Source: Octopus vulgaris (lineage: Eukaryota). Taken from it: a stretch of DNA of 64,000 nucleotides. The stretch lies in assembly GCA_951406725.2 (NCBI GenBank), contig OX597814.1:202616001-202680000 (forward strand), written 5' to 3'. Below, piece by piece: positions 48,531 through 60,451 of the stretch. The position numbers and the translations under genes were made by a program. Under the pieces are notes generated by a model that searched no databases, was not told where the DNA came from, and saw only the letters and a list, made by a program, of their open reading frames with translations. Position 1 is the first letter of the stretch, and each line of letters starts with the position of its first letter.

Positions 48531-49974
48531 TCAGGAGTGGTCCAGTTGTTAGGTTCACAACCATAAAATTGTGGTTTCAATTCCCAGATTGAGTAAAACA
48601 CTTCATTTCATGTCACTCCAGGCCACTTGGCTGTAAATGAGTTCCAACAGTAAGCTGGGAAGTTAACTCTGCAAATGGATTGGTGTCCCATTTAGATGAA
48701 AGCAATGTTGTAATCTCTGTCATTTCTATGTTATGGAAACTGGATTAAGCTCCAACCTTAATCCTGGAACTCATGACTGACTTAAGTCTATACAGTCTTT
48801 TCTTTTAAATGGTAGATATAAGGAAGACTTGGCTGCTATTTCTAGCAGACTGTTTGATGACATGGGTTTCTTCATCAGCTCATGCAATTCATTGGGTAAT
48901 ATTTGTCTTCTAGTCTAGGACACAAATTTAAGGAAATCTACCCCAAATGATAAAATTCGAAGTTGACTTCAAGGGGATTTGAACTCAGGACTTAAAGAAC
49001 CGTAATTGAAAAGTGCAAGCCATTTTGTCTGATGCTCTACTGCTTATCAGTCCACCTTGCCTTTGGTTTGTAGTATCTTTAATGAATTTATGTTTTGAGT
49101 TATGAAAATAAATCGATACTATTATATAACAATATAAACATAACTAACCAATTCATATGTTTCTTTTGAAGCATTCATTAAGAACTCCTTATTTTATTTT
49201 ATTCATTTCTGAAGAATTTTTACCTCTTTTATAAGAATTTATTATAGAAACATCTTGATAGATGTCAATTCCAAATAAAAACATTGAGGTCTAAGACATT
49301 GAATCACAGTGAAGGTGTCTCCTACCAGCGCTATCTCACCAAAGGAATTAATCAATAATTGAATAAACTCAAAATGTAATTATTAACTTTGATTGAATTT
49401 ATTTCCTACAATTTTCTCTCAAAATTACTCTTTTGAATTATGCTTTCATATAAGTTAGAATAAAGGATTATAATAAAATTAATATTTCAAATTCTAAGGT
49501 TATTTATTCTTCATTGATGAATGTCTAGAATCATTACAGTCCAGAAAAGAAAGATATTTTTTTCAAAATAAATTATTGTTAAAGATTGTATTTTTCTTTC
49601 AATTTCTTTTTTATAGTGAACTCAGACAATTATTATAAATAACTAATTTCAATGATTTTAAAAATTTTTACTGGGGTATTCATATTAAAGTTTTGAAAGA
49701 TAATTTTAAATGATAAAAATCAATCATTTTGTTGCAATTTTTCTTTCAGTTTTATCAATATAAAAATATTTCTGTGTATACTCATCTGTAACCAGCAGTA
49801 ATTCTCAGCCAATTTAATTTTAAGGCAAAGGAAGAATGTTTAAAATGAGAATAATTCAATATGTGATTGCATTTGGTTAATTATTTGAAGAGAATTTTAG
49901 TTCACCAATACAGTTGGCAAATGACATTGCCACACTCGAAACATTTGAAATAGTATGCTAGTAAAGTATACTTA

Positions 49975-50280
49975 AGATCAGTTGGACTGACCACCAAACA
50001 AACGAGTCAATATTTGAGGAAATGGAAACAGAAAGAGAAAATTTAGTAACCCTCTGGAAGAGAAGCTGCTGTGTTTTGAGCTTGTCACCAGAGCACAGAA
50101 CCTTGGGACCCACATCCTAGAGGAAAATGAGGTAGGGAGAAACAAGGAAGGCTTTGGCTGGATAACATCAAAGAATGGATCAGAAAATATCTGGCTGAAT
50201 GCACAACCATTGCCAGAACCACGAATCAATGAAAAGAGTTGGTGAATGCATCCATTGTGCCACTCAGCAATGATATTTAG
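49975..50280 (+). pseudogene. RTE (BovB-like) LINE C-terminal fragment
   Basis: SWTDHQTNESIFEEMETERENLVTL.../KLLCFELVTRAQNLGTHILE.../WLDNIKEW. Confidence 0.8.
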
Positions 50281-50328
50281 ACAAAACAAGTACTGTTAGT
50301 GTTCATAGATAGAGCCGCTTAGCTTCAG

Positions 50329-50610
50329 ATGGAAATGGGCTTGTATCTCAAATCCAACAAAGCTAGTCTTCTACATATGGTATTCTTCTTTAAGGAGAAG
50401 AAATCTGGACTACAGAAAAGGAGCTTCGAAGCAGTTCTAATTGTATATCCACTAGGTTCTCAAATCATCTCATATCATGAGCATAAAAACAAAGAGGAGA
50501 TCTATGGACACTCTCCACCCGTCCCTACTATTATTGCTCAAGGCAAGGTAGACTTTGACCGCCACTGCTCTTCTGCTGAGCAACAGACCATATCAGATGT
50601 ACTCATTCCA
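50329..50610 (+). pseudogene. RTE-type LINE fragment
   Basis: QIISYHEHKNKEEIYGHSPPVPTIIAQGKVDFDRHCSSAEQQTISDVL resembles the RTE segment W..H.T.E.LYG.LPP.S..I..RR..FAGHC. Confidence 0.7.
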
Positions 50611-51940
50611 TTTGGAGGTCTCATCACAGTAGTAGTAGTACTGGTATGGGGACACACACTGTAACAGTGCATTATAGCACCCACCATTTGTTGGTGATTC
50701 CCTACTCTTGGTGGATGATGTCTTTGCACCACTCAGGCAACATCCTTCCAACCCATGGGTCTGTTTGGGTAGTCACTGCTGGTGAGGGTTTTATGAAGGC
50801 GGAGTGTAAACCCTGCCTTGACCTCTTCTACTCAACTTTTATGACATGCAGAGGAAACATTGGGGCATTTCTTTGACATGCTGGTCCCTCACATCAGAAT
50901 CCCACATCATTATTTTTCACTGCTACCTCTCTGTGCCAGGAGTGGGTAATTTGCACCCTAACAGAGGACGAAGACCATTCAAATACACTGATGTCATAGG
51001 TAGAGGGACACAACATGAAATCAAGGACCTCTCAAAGGTAATGGAGGACAGAAATTCCTAGCAATGCATTGTGAAATGCATCTTGTTTGCATCTGCTTGA
51101 AGGTGGAAGAATATTATCACTTGGCCCAGGTCACTCACTGAATGAGCTGACCGATGTGCAAAGGCTTTCCTACTTTGACCTTCTGATTTCTTTGTTTCCA
51201 GACAAAGTGTAACCATAGCAACATCTATCATCTGCTTTTTTTTTCTTTTTTTTTTGGATTTTAATATGGAGTGGTTTTGAGGGAGATTTGGACATCGTTG
51301 GGTTGTGCTTAGCAGAGAGTTATGAAAAGTGTGCATTCTGAGGAAGAAATTAATAAAGTGTTGAATGTGGAGTAAGCGAAGATGGCATATTTGGAAGAGG
51401 AGGAATCGGAATATTGGGCTTATGGAGGGGGAGGGGGGAGATTGAGATATTGAAAGAAGACAGAGACTACGAGATATTGAAGAAAGAGGGGGAGAGAACA
51501 ATAATATTCAAGAAAGTAATAATATTCAGTAATTATTTGCAAAGTGTATAGAAATGTTTGAAGAGGAAGCAAACTGCTATTGTGAGAAGAATGATCCTGT
51601 CCTTGAGATGAAAATTTTCAATTTGTATGGTTTTGGGCAAATACCTGTACATGGAGAGAGAGAGGTGGGTGGTTGATTGAATTGTCTGGTAGAATATGGA
51701 ATTGTTTATGATCTCCTTTATTTTCAGGTAATAGCTGTGTTTTCTAAATCAATGAATTGGATTGCATGAAGAGAAATAGATCAGTCCATAACAAGACTGA
51801 TGCTAATTCTTGTTTTTTTTTTGTGTATGTGTCTGAGTGTATGCATGCTTTTATATGTACACACACACAGGTGTATGTGTATATAGATGTTTATATCTAT
51901 TTACATCCATACCTCTGTGTGTATGTGTTTGTGTGCATAT

Positions 51941-51945
<5 letters not shown>

Positions 51946-52009
<64 letters not shown>
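51946..52009. repeat. (TA)n microsatellite
   Basis: Direct reading. Confidence 0.95.
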
Positions 52010-52011
<2 letters not shown>

Positions 52012-52354
52012 TCGTTGTCATCATCACCATCCAGTGTCTTAAATCTGGGTTCTGTCCCCATTAACTGGGGTAGCCCGATCTACCTCAATGCCATAGTAAT
52101 TGAGGCAGGTAGGTGCAACCAACCCCAACCTTCAGGCTGGTTGGTGCCCATTCTTCCTTGTTATCATGAGGCATTTTTGGAGCTGGATTTTCTACTGGAT
52201 CATGCCCTCATTTACCCCCCAACCTCAGTTTCTATACATAAGTGGTCCCGAGACCAAGGTCCCTACAATGATTTTTAAGAAATGTGGTGAAAACTAGCTC
52301 AGGAAGGCAGAGATGCTACTCCTTGAGACCCCTTTCAGACCACCCCCTACCTAT

Positions 52355-52862
52355 ATCATCATCATCATCATTTAACGTCCATTTTCCATGCTGGCATGGG
52401 TTGGACAATTTGATTGGGAGACCGGCAAGCCAGGAGGTCGCATCAGGCTCCAATCTGATCTGGCAATGTTTCTACTGCTGGATGCCCTTCCTAACACCAA
52501 ACACTCCAAGAGTGTAGTGTGTGCTTTTTAGATGTCACTGGCACGGGAGCCAGTGAGATGGCACTGGCATCAGCCACATTTGAATGGTGCTTTTTATGTG
52601 TCACTGGCACAGGAGCCAGTCAGGGTGAGGGAGGGTGAGTTTGGGATCAACCACATTTGGGATCAACAGGAGCCAGTTACGCTGCACTGGCAACGATCCA
52701 CACATGAATGGTGCTTATTGCATGCCACCAGCATGGTACCCAGTCAGGCAGCACTGGCATCGGCCACAACTACAATTTCCATTTTTGATTTTAATTTGAT
52801 TGAGATTCTGATTGTGATTTGATTTTGATTTTTGATTTTACTTGACTCAGTAGGTCTCCTCA
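52355..52862 (-). mobile_element. RTE-LINE 3'UTR (family D)
   Basis: D blocks with a (TTTGAT)n spacer near the ORF end. Confidence 0.85.
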
Positions 52863-53109
52863 AGTTTATGTTTGTATACAGACATTTAATTTAATTGTCC
52901 ATGAAATGTGCTGAACTAGTTTTGATGGTGTTGCGACCAGCACCACATAAGAAATCATTTATGAAAAAAGAAAAATTATTTAAAAATAATTTAGTGTAGC
53001 ATGAACACAAGCCCAGAAAACCCTCCAATCCATCATCATTAAACATCATTATAAAACCTCAACTGGCACCGATCCACACAACCTCAGTACTACTCCCCAC
53101 TCCCAGTTC

Positions 53110-53385
53110 AGGTAGTTTTGTCTTGCAAAGTACATGGTGACCCTGTTGGTGTTAGTGCCATGTGAAAAGCACTGCTGCTGCTTGTGCCACGTAAAAGACA
53201 CCCAGTACAGACTGTAGAATGGTTGGTGTCAAGAAGGGCATCCAGCTGTAGAAACCATGCCAAGATAAGACAATGGAACTTGGTGTGGCTCCTGGCCTTG
53301 CCAGCTCCTGTCCATGCCAGCTCCTGTCCATGCCAGCTCCTGTCCAACCCATGTAAACATGGAAAATGAACATTGAATGATGATG
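53110..53385 (+). mobile_element. Family D-related element with 3x16-bp tandem TGCCAGCTCCTGTCCA (53299-53346)
   Basis: Direct reading. Confidence 0.8.
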
Positions 53386-55011
53386 ATAATAAACCATGCC
53401 CAACTCATGCCCAGTATGACTGCCTTCATCTCCTGTATCTGCTATGGCAAGGTTTCTGTAAAGTGGTTCTGACACCAACCACTTTACAAAGTATACATGT
53501 CACCAGCACTAGTAAGGTCACCATGCAGCTTGCAAGACTGAACTCCAAGGGTGTGGCTTTGTTCCAGGGGATGTGGGATAAAAATATGAGAGAAGGGCTC
53601 AGAGCAGAACAGGTTTCTTGCTGCTGAGAGGCTATATGGCTATTCACATTTTAGAGATGCCAGTACTGCTAGAAATGCTTGAGACAGAGGGATGAGGAGT
53701 GTGAGTGGATGTCGGCTGTCAGAGAGTGTAAGGGAGGTGAAAGAGATGTAGACAACCATCAACAATGCAAGAGGTAGCTGGTGGGGGTGGTGGGGGGGAG
53801 TTGGACAGTGTAAGGCAGTATAAAAATGATTCAGTAGACAGGAGAATGACAAGAAAGATGGCATGGTGTTTGGTGGATGGGGGGTTGAGAAATTCAAAAC
53901 TTTATTATTAAAAATGATTAAATTATTGAAATAAAAAAAAAAAACATGCCAAGAGTCACATGATGTAGAAAAGTATTACTTCTTCAGCTCTTGCATCAAT
54001 TAAATATCATTACTCTCAGCTAATATCTGGAACATTTTCGAGGCCATTGAATTTGGTCATAAATCAGTCTTGTCTACAGCAAAGATGATGATAATTTTTG
54101 CTCTTATATATCCGTGTTCAATTAAATATCATTATTAAAATGTTTCAGTTATTTTCAAAATGTTTAAGAAATTGGTTTTGGTTTTGATTTGGAATTTCTC
54201 TAAAAAAAATTTTAATTCAAATTAAGTTTTTGAATCCTAAAACTTCTGCTGCCAATGATAGACTTTTCATACCTGTGAATGGCAACATCCAGTTAAACAT
54301 TTTCATTTTTAATGAAATTTACTTTCCTTGTCAAAATTGTTACAGAATATTGGTTACAATTCGTTTCAAATTATTTTCAAATTGACAATGGTTTAACTTA
54401 ATAATTTCTTGGAGATATTATTGTAAAGAATATTAGAAAACTGAAATAAGAAAATATTCTATTAATCCTGCTAATATCTTTAAAATATATATATATATAT
54501 ACACATTTGTATTAAAGTTTTATTTAAATGAATAATTTTAGTTTCATTTGCTTTCTGTTTAATGCGAACAAGTAGATTATTACTTGTCTGTCAAGGATTA
54601 AATCGAGATATATTACTTCTCGTAGAAATTTCTTCCAACTTAACAATAATACCCACTCGTATCAAACTGGTTGTTATTCAAAATAAGACGTGCAATTTTT
54701 TCCTATCATTAACAAAACCTAAAAATCAGAACAATAGTTTATATTTGCTAATGAAGCTAATTCAACTTCATCTCGTTAGTAAACTGCTTAGTATTTCATT
54801 TTACATAGCTCACAGTAGCAAAAATGCTGAGTAATTACTAATTTTAAATAGCAAATAATTAATTACTTTCACTTGGAAGATATAGGTTATTCTCCATTTC
54901 ATATTAATATTATTTAAGCAGTGTGGCACCTTGGGCAAGTGTCTTTGCAGACCAAAGCTTTGTGAGTGGATTTGGTAGATGGATACTGAAAGAAGCCTGT
55001 TATGATATACA

Positions 55012-55456
55012 TATCATCATCATCATTTAGCGTCCGCTTTCCATGCTAGCATGGGTTGGACGGTTCAACTGGGGTCTGTGAAGCCAGAAGGCAGCATCAG
55101 GCCCAATCTGATCTGGCAGTGTTTCTATGGATGGATGCCCTTCCTAACGCCAACCACTCCGAGAGGGTAGTGGGTGCTTTTTACATTCCACCCGCTGGCA
55201 GACGGCCACGAACGGATGGTGCTTTTACGTGCCACCGGCATGGGGTCCAGGCGAGGCTGGCAACGGACACGAACGGATGGTGCTTTTATGTGCCACCGGC
55301 ATGGAGGCCAGTCGGGGCAGCGCTGGCAACGGCCACGATCAGATGGTTCGCTTAACCACAGCTGCAATTTCCATTGATGTTGATCGACTTTGATTTTGGT
55401 TCTGCTTTCTAATATCTGATTTGATTTGTTTTGATTTTGATTTGATTTTGATTTTC
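55012..55456 (-). mobile_element. RTE-LINE 3'UTR (family D), young
   Basis: Three units, (TTTGAT)n spacer, (CAT)n tail on the plus strand. Confidence 0.9.
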
Positions 55457-55766
55457 ATATATAATGTAAACATATAACCAGTGGACTGCCAGTTACATGT
55501 AAGTGCTGGTGCCATGTAAAGAGCTCCTGTGCCAGTGCCACATAAAAAGCACTCATGCTAGTGTGCCATCATAGCACTGGCACTGGTGGCACGTAAAAAG
55601 CAGCCACTACATTTTGTAAAGTAGTTAGCATTAGAAAGTGCACCCAGCCATTGAAACCATGCCAAAACAGACAATTGGAGCCTGGCACTGCTCTCCAGCT
55701 GGCCACCTCCTATCAAACTATCCAACTCATGCCAGCATGGAAAATGGACATTAAACGCTGCTGCTT

Positions 55767-56139
55767 GTTTGTTTCTTTGTTGAGCAAAGCGGTCTTCGTC
55801 CGTAGTGGGAGAAGTCTGATATGTGGTCCTTTGCTATTCGTAAGACCCGCAGAAGAGAAAGCAGGTCAACCCCCGACACTGAGAGCATCGACGGATGGAT
55901 GAATGCGCATCCAGGCTCAGCGGTTGTGTAGGAAGTCGGGGACAAGAAACAGGAAGAAAGAGTGAGAGAAAGTTGGGGTAAAGAGTACAACAGGGGTCGC
56001 CACCACCCCCTGCCGGAGCCTCGTGGAGCTTTAGGTGTTTTCGCTCAATAAACACACACAACGCCCGGTCTGGGAATCGAAACCGCGATCCTCCAACCGC
56101 AAGTCTGCTGCCCTAACCACTGGGCCATTGCGCCTCCAC
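55767..56139 (-). mobile_element. SINE with C head and a different structured tail
   Basis: Head/body 55945-56139 matches family C; 55767-55944 is unrelated to the C tail; flanked by GCTGCTGCT within a D tail. Confidence 0.88.
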
Positions 56140-56714
56140 TTGCTGCTGCTGCTGATGATGATGACGACTATATAAACACCTAAAGCAGTAAGTAAAAAAT
56201 GTACCCAAGTCATTGCTCATTCGCTAGACAACCGACTGCATTGTATAGATGCACAGCATATCATAATTAGTAATTTTAGTGATATATTTGAAGTCATTAA
56301 TATATAATTATTTGGTTGCATGTGTAAAATTACAGTTCTTTGATAATTGTTTTAATCTACCACGTTGTCTATTTTTGTGTGTTCCTGTCCGAGTGTGTGT
56401 GAAAGAGAAGGACTTTGGCAAAGATTTATTTTATCCAATCAATAACTGTACTTAGGTGTAAACTGGCACTTTGTTGGTTTTAACAACCAGGGTTTTCAGT
56501 TGATCTGATCAAAGGGACAACCTGCTTGTGAAATTAACATGCAAGTGGCTGAGTACTCCACAGACACATGTATGCTTAACACAGTTCTCAGAGGGGTTCA
56601 GCATAACATAAAATGTGACAAGGCTGGCCCTTTGGATTACGGGTACAACTCATGTTTGCCAGCTGACTGGACTGGAGCAAGGCAAAATAAAGTCTTTCCA
56701 AAGGACACAATATA

Positions 56715-57124
56715 GGCGCAGGAGTAGCTGTATGGTAAGTAGCTTGTTTACCAACCACATGGTTCTGGGTTCAGTCCCACTGCGTGGCACATTGGGTAAG
56801 TGTCTTCTACTATAGCCTCGGGCTGACCAAAGCCTTGTTAGTGGATTTAGTAGACGGAAACTGAAAGAAGCCCATCGTATATATGTATATATATATATAT
56901 ATATATATGCATGTGTGTGTTTGTGTGTCTGTGTTTGTTCCCCTAGCATTGCTTGACAACCAATGCTGGTGTGTTTATGTCCCTGTTACTTAGCGGTTCG
57001 GCAAAAGAGACCGATAGAATAAGTACTGGGCTTACAAAAGAATAAGTCCCGGGGTCGAGTTGCTCGATTAAAGGCAGTGCTCCAGCATGGCTGCAGTCAA
57101 ATGACTGAAACAAGTAAAAGAGAG
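56715..57124 (+). mobile_element. SINE family A (CORE-like), young, inserted into an F/C hybrid SINE (56462-57200, -)
   Basis: Head GGCGCAGGAGTAGCTGTATGGTAAG...GGGTTCAGTCCC; CORE-like GGCAC.TTGGG.AAGTGTCTT; tail ACAAGTAAAAGAG. Confidence 0.92.
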
Positions 57125-57400
57125 TATACCACTAGGAATTGAACTCATGACCCTATGATTGTGAGCCAAATACCCTAACCACTAAGCCACTCACCTTCAC
57201 ACTTAGAAAAACTCTAAGACAACATGTGCTACATTAACAATCACTTAAGTGTAATTTGATTGTTAATGTAGTGTAGGTTGTATTAGAATGATAGTGTTAG
57301 GTGTTCATATTATAGAACACAACTAAATTCTGTAATAATTTGCATTGGTGTGTGTCCAGTTGATGTATTTCATGTTGAATTGATGATCTTTTTCTTTCTT

Positions 57401-57622
57401 TACTCTCTTTTACTCTTTTACTTGTTTCAGTCATTTGACTGCAGCCATGCTGGAGCACCGCCTTTAATCAAGCAACTCGAACCCGGGACTTATTCTTTTG
57501 CAAGCCCAGTACTTATTCTATCTGTCTCGTTTGCCGAACCGCTAAGTAACGGAGACATAAACACACCAGCATCGGTTGTCAAGCAATGCTAGGGGGACAA
57601 ACACAGACACACAAACACACAC

Positions 57623-57667
<45 letters not shown>

Positions 57668-57840
57668 CACATATATACGACGGGCTTCTTTCAGTTTCCG
57701 TCTACCAAATCCACTCACAAGGCTTTGGTCGGCCTGAGGCTATAGTAGAAGACACTTGCCCAAGGTGCCACGCAGTGGGACTGAACCCGGAACCATGTGG
57801 TTGGTAAACAAGCTACTTACCACACAGCCACTCCTGTGCC
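57401..57840 (-). mobile_element. SINE family A, young
   Basis: Near-exact reverse complement of 56715-57124. Confidence 0.92.
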
Positions 57841-58024
57841 TTTCTTCACTTTTGGTTTAGATTTCAATGTGGCTTTGTTTTTTAATTACGTGTATTTACT
57901 TTATATACATATATGAGTTGGAAACTTTCTTTTAACATTTCGCTTAACGTCAATGTTCCATGCTGGGATGGGTTGGAGAGTTATTAATGTAGAAGGTTGG
58001 TATTTCAGCTACTAGCAGTTGAGA

Positions 58025-58099
58025 CCTGCATAATCTAGACGGCATTTTTTAAATTTCATTATTCTCCTTAACCTAGGCAACGCTGGGTATTTGTGCTAG
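58025..58099 (+). mobile_element. Helitron 3' terminal fragment
   Basis: Hairpin CCTAGGCAACGCTGGG followed by TATTTGTGCTAG|T. Confidence 0.6.
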
Positions 58100-58154
58100 T
58101 TGTATTATATAAGTATTATATACATACATGTTATATAACTGTTATATACATTGG

Positions 58155-58495
58155 CATTGGGCCTCATGGTGACAAAGTGGCTGAGTTCCTTTCGAGTGTT
58201 GGGCTTTGGGACTATGTCATGCTTGAGAAGAAGACCCATCAAGCTGAGCAAAATTGCAGTCGTGACAGATACCAGTGTCATGCAAATTGGCACGTGAATG
58301 CACCCCGGTGTCATGCAAATGGCACCCATGTCAGTGGCATGTAAAAGTACCCATTACACCCTCGGAGTGATTGTTGTTAGAAAGGGCATCCAGCTGTAGA
58401 TAACCATGCCAAATCGGATTGGAGTTTGGTGCAGCCTTCCAGTTTGCCTGTCCTGGTCAAACCATCCAACGGACGTTAAATGATGATGATGATGA
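58155..58495 (+). mobile_element. RTE-LINE 3' end (family D)
   Basis: ORF-end region plus UTR and (GAT)n tail. Confidence 0.85.
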
Positions 58496-58509
58496 TACGT
58501 GTTATTTAC

Positions 58510-58912
58510 GCTCTCTCTTTTACTTGTTTCAGTCATTTGACTGTGGCCATGCTAGAGCACCGCCTTTAGTCAAGCAAATCGACTCCGGGACTTATTCTTT
58601 GTAAGCCCAGTACTTATTCTATCGGTCTCTTTTGCCGAACCGCTAAGTGACGGCGACGTAAACACACCAGCATCGGTTGTCAAGCAATGCTAGTGAGACA
58701 AACACAGACACACAAACACATACACACATATATATATATACATATATACGACAGGCTTCTTTCAGTTTCCATCTACCAAATCCACTCACAAGGCATTGGT
58801 CAGCCTGGGGCTATAGCAGAAGACACTTGCCCAAGATGCCATGCAGTGGGACTGAACCCGGAACCATGTGGTTGGTTAGCAAGCTACTTACCACACAGCC
58901 ACTCCTGCGCCT
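58510..58912 (-). mobile_element. SINE family A, young
   Basis: Colinear with 57401-57840. Confidence 0.92.
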
Positions 58913-59288
58913 ATATGTTATATATATGTAATTATTAAATTATCTAAATTTTAAAAAAATTGCTTCAACTAATGAATGTAAAGATGGTTTTAGTTGTTTA
59001 ACGAACAGTTTTAAACATATGCCATATAAGCCCCATTTTCTTCTTAGAGGTGCAGATGTAGATATGTGGTTAAGAAGCTTGCTTCTCAACCATGTTGACT
59101 TGGGTTCAGTCCCACCATGCAGCACATTGGGAAAGTGTCTTCTACTATAGCCATAATTTATGCATATGACTCTTTCTGGCAATCATTAGTAAATCTTAAA
59201 TATTTCAGTTTATCAATTATTAACCTTTAATTGTAATTTTAAATTTTAAACATAAAAAAAAGACACTTTAATGTTAACAACGTTGTTG

Positions 59289-59334
<46 letters not shown>

Positions 59335-59591
59335 ATTTATGATTGTGTTTTAGGTTTATTCTACTACCTATTATTCAGATATTCATGTGAAATAAATTGG
59401 AAATTACAATTAATTTGTAATTTTAATTAAAATAGAAATATTCGTGTGAAAACACTGGTTTAATCAAATTCTGCAGTACTCATCTAAAACATTTTTCTGA
59501 TATTGCATATTTTCATTAGAAATTTTCCAGAAAATATAAAGAAAAATCAATTTTCAACCATAATTAAAAATGGAGGGGGACAGCAGTCTAT

Positions 59592-59632
59592 GATTATTAT
59601 TATTATTATTGTTATTATTATTATTGCTATTA

Positions 59633-59673
<41 letters not shown>

Positions 59674-59753
59674 TTTGTTATTATTATTATTATTATTTTT
59701 GTTATTATTATTATTATTATTTTTGTTATCATCATTATTATTATCATTATTAT
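59592..59753. repeat. (ATT)n compound microsatellite
   Basis: Direct reading; explains the poly-I/N ORFs. Confidence 0.95.
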
Positions 59754-60271
59754 TTCTGTTATAAAGAAGTAATATTTCAAGTTTTTCACAGGTCAATATG
59801 TATTTTGAATGAGTATTTAATTTGATGAGACCTCATACACTTTATCAGACGTTAATAACTTGGTGTGATAATTTTGGTCATTCGTCATCACCATCCACAT
59901 CACTACCATCATCACAATCACCACCACTCTCATCAGCATCATCACAATCACTTCCACCACCACCACTCATCATTGTGACCATCTCCATCCATCATCACAA
60001 TAGTCATCATTATCATCATCATCATCATCAACAAATGCCCAGTTTCCCATGTTCCAGCATGGCATGTCACCATTTATCATGATTTTTTTGTCATCTCCTT
60101 TGTCAGGTGATCTTTCACCATCTCTTCCTTTTACACAACTTCATTTATACCCAGTTTACTATTCTCAGCTGTTCTCTCATTCACTATGCATCTGGTGGAG
60201 GATACTGAGATGAGGATATCTGTACATTACTTACATTAACGGATATGTGTTCTCATCTTGTTTATTGTTAC

Positions 60272-60316
60272 CACAACGTTTCGGCTCATTTGCTGCTCTC
60301 CAGCCTTCATCAGGTG
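60272..60316 (-). ncRNA. Minimal type-I hammerhead motif in a Penelope-like relic (~60205-60400)
   Basis: Minus strand: cac CUGAUGA a ggcu (15-nt loop) agcc GAAA cg UU gug; palindromic AACGUU stem III. Confidence 0.65.
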
Positions 60317-60404
60317 TCCTTGTAGAATTTTGAACCTAACTCTGAATGGCTATTTTTTTTTGCTGATGTTATTTTTATTATTATTATTATTATTATTTAT
60401 TCAA

Positions 60405-60451
<47 letters not shown>

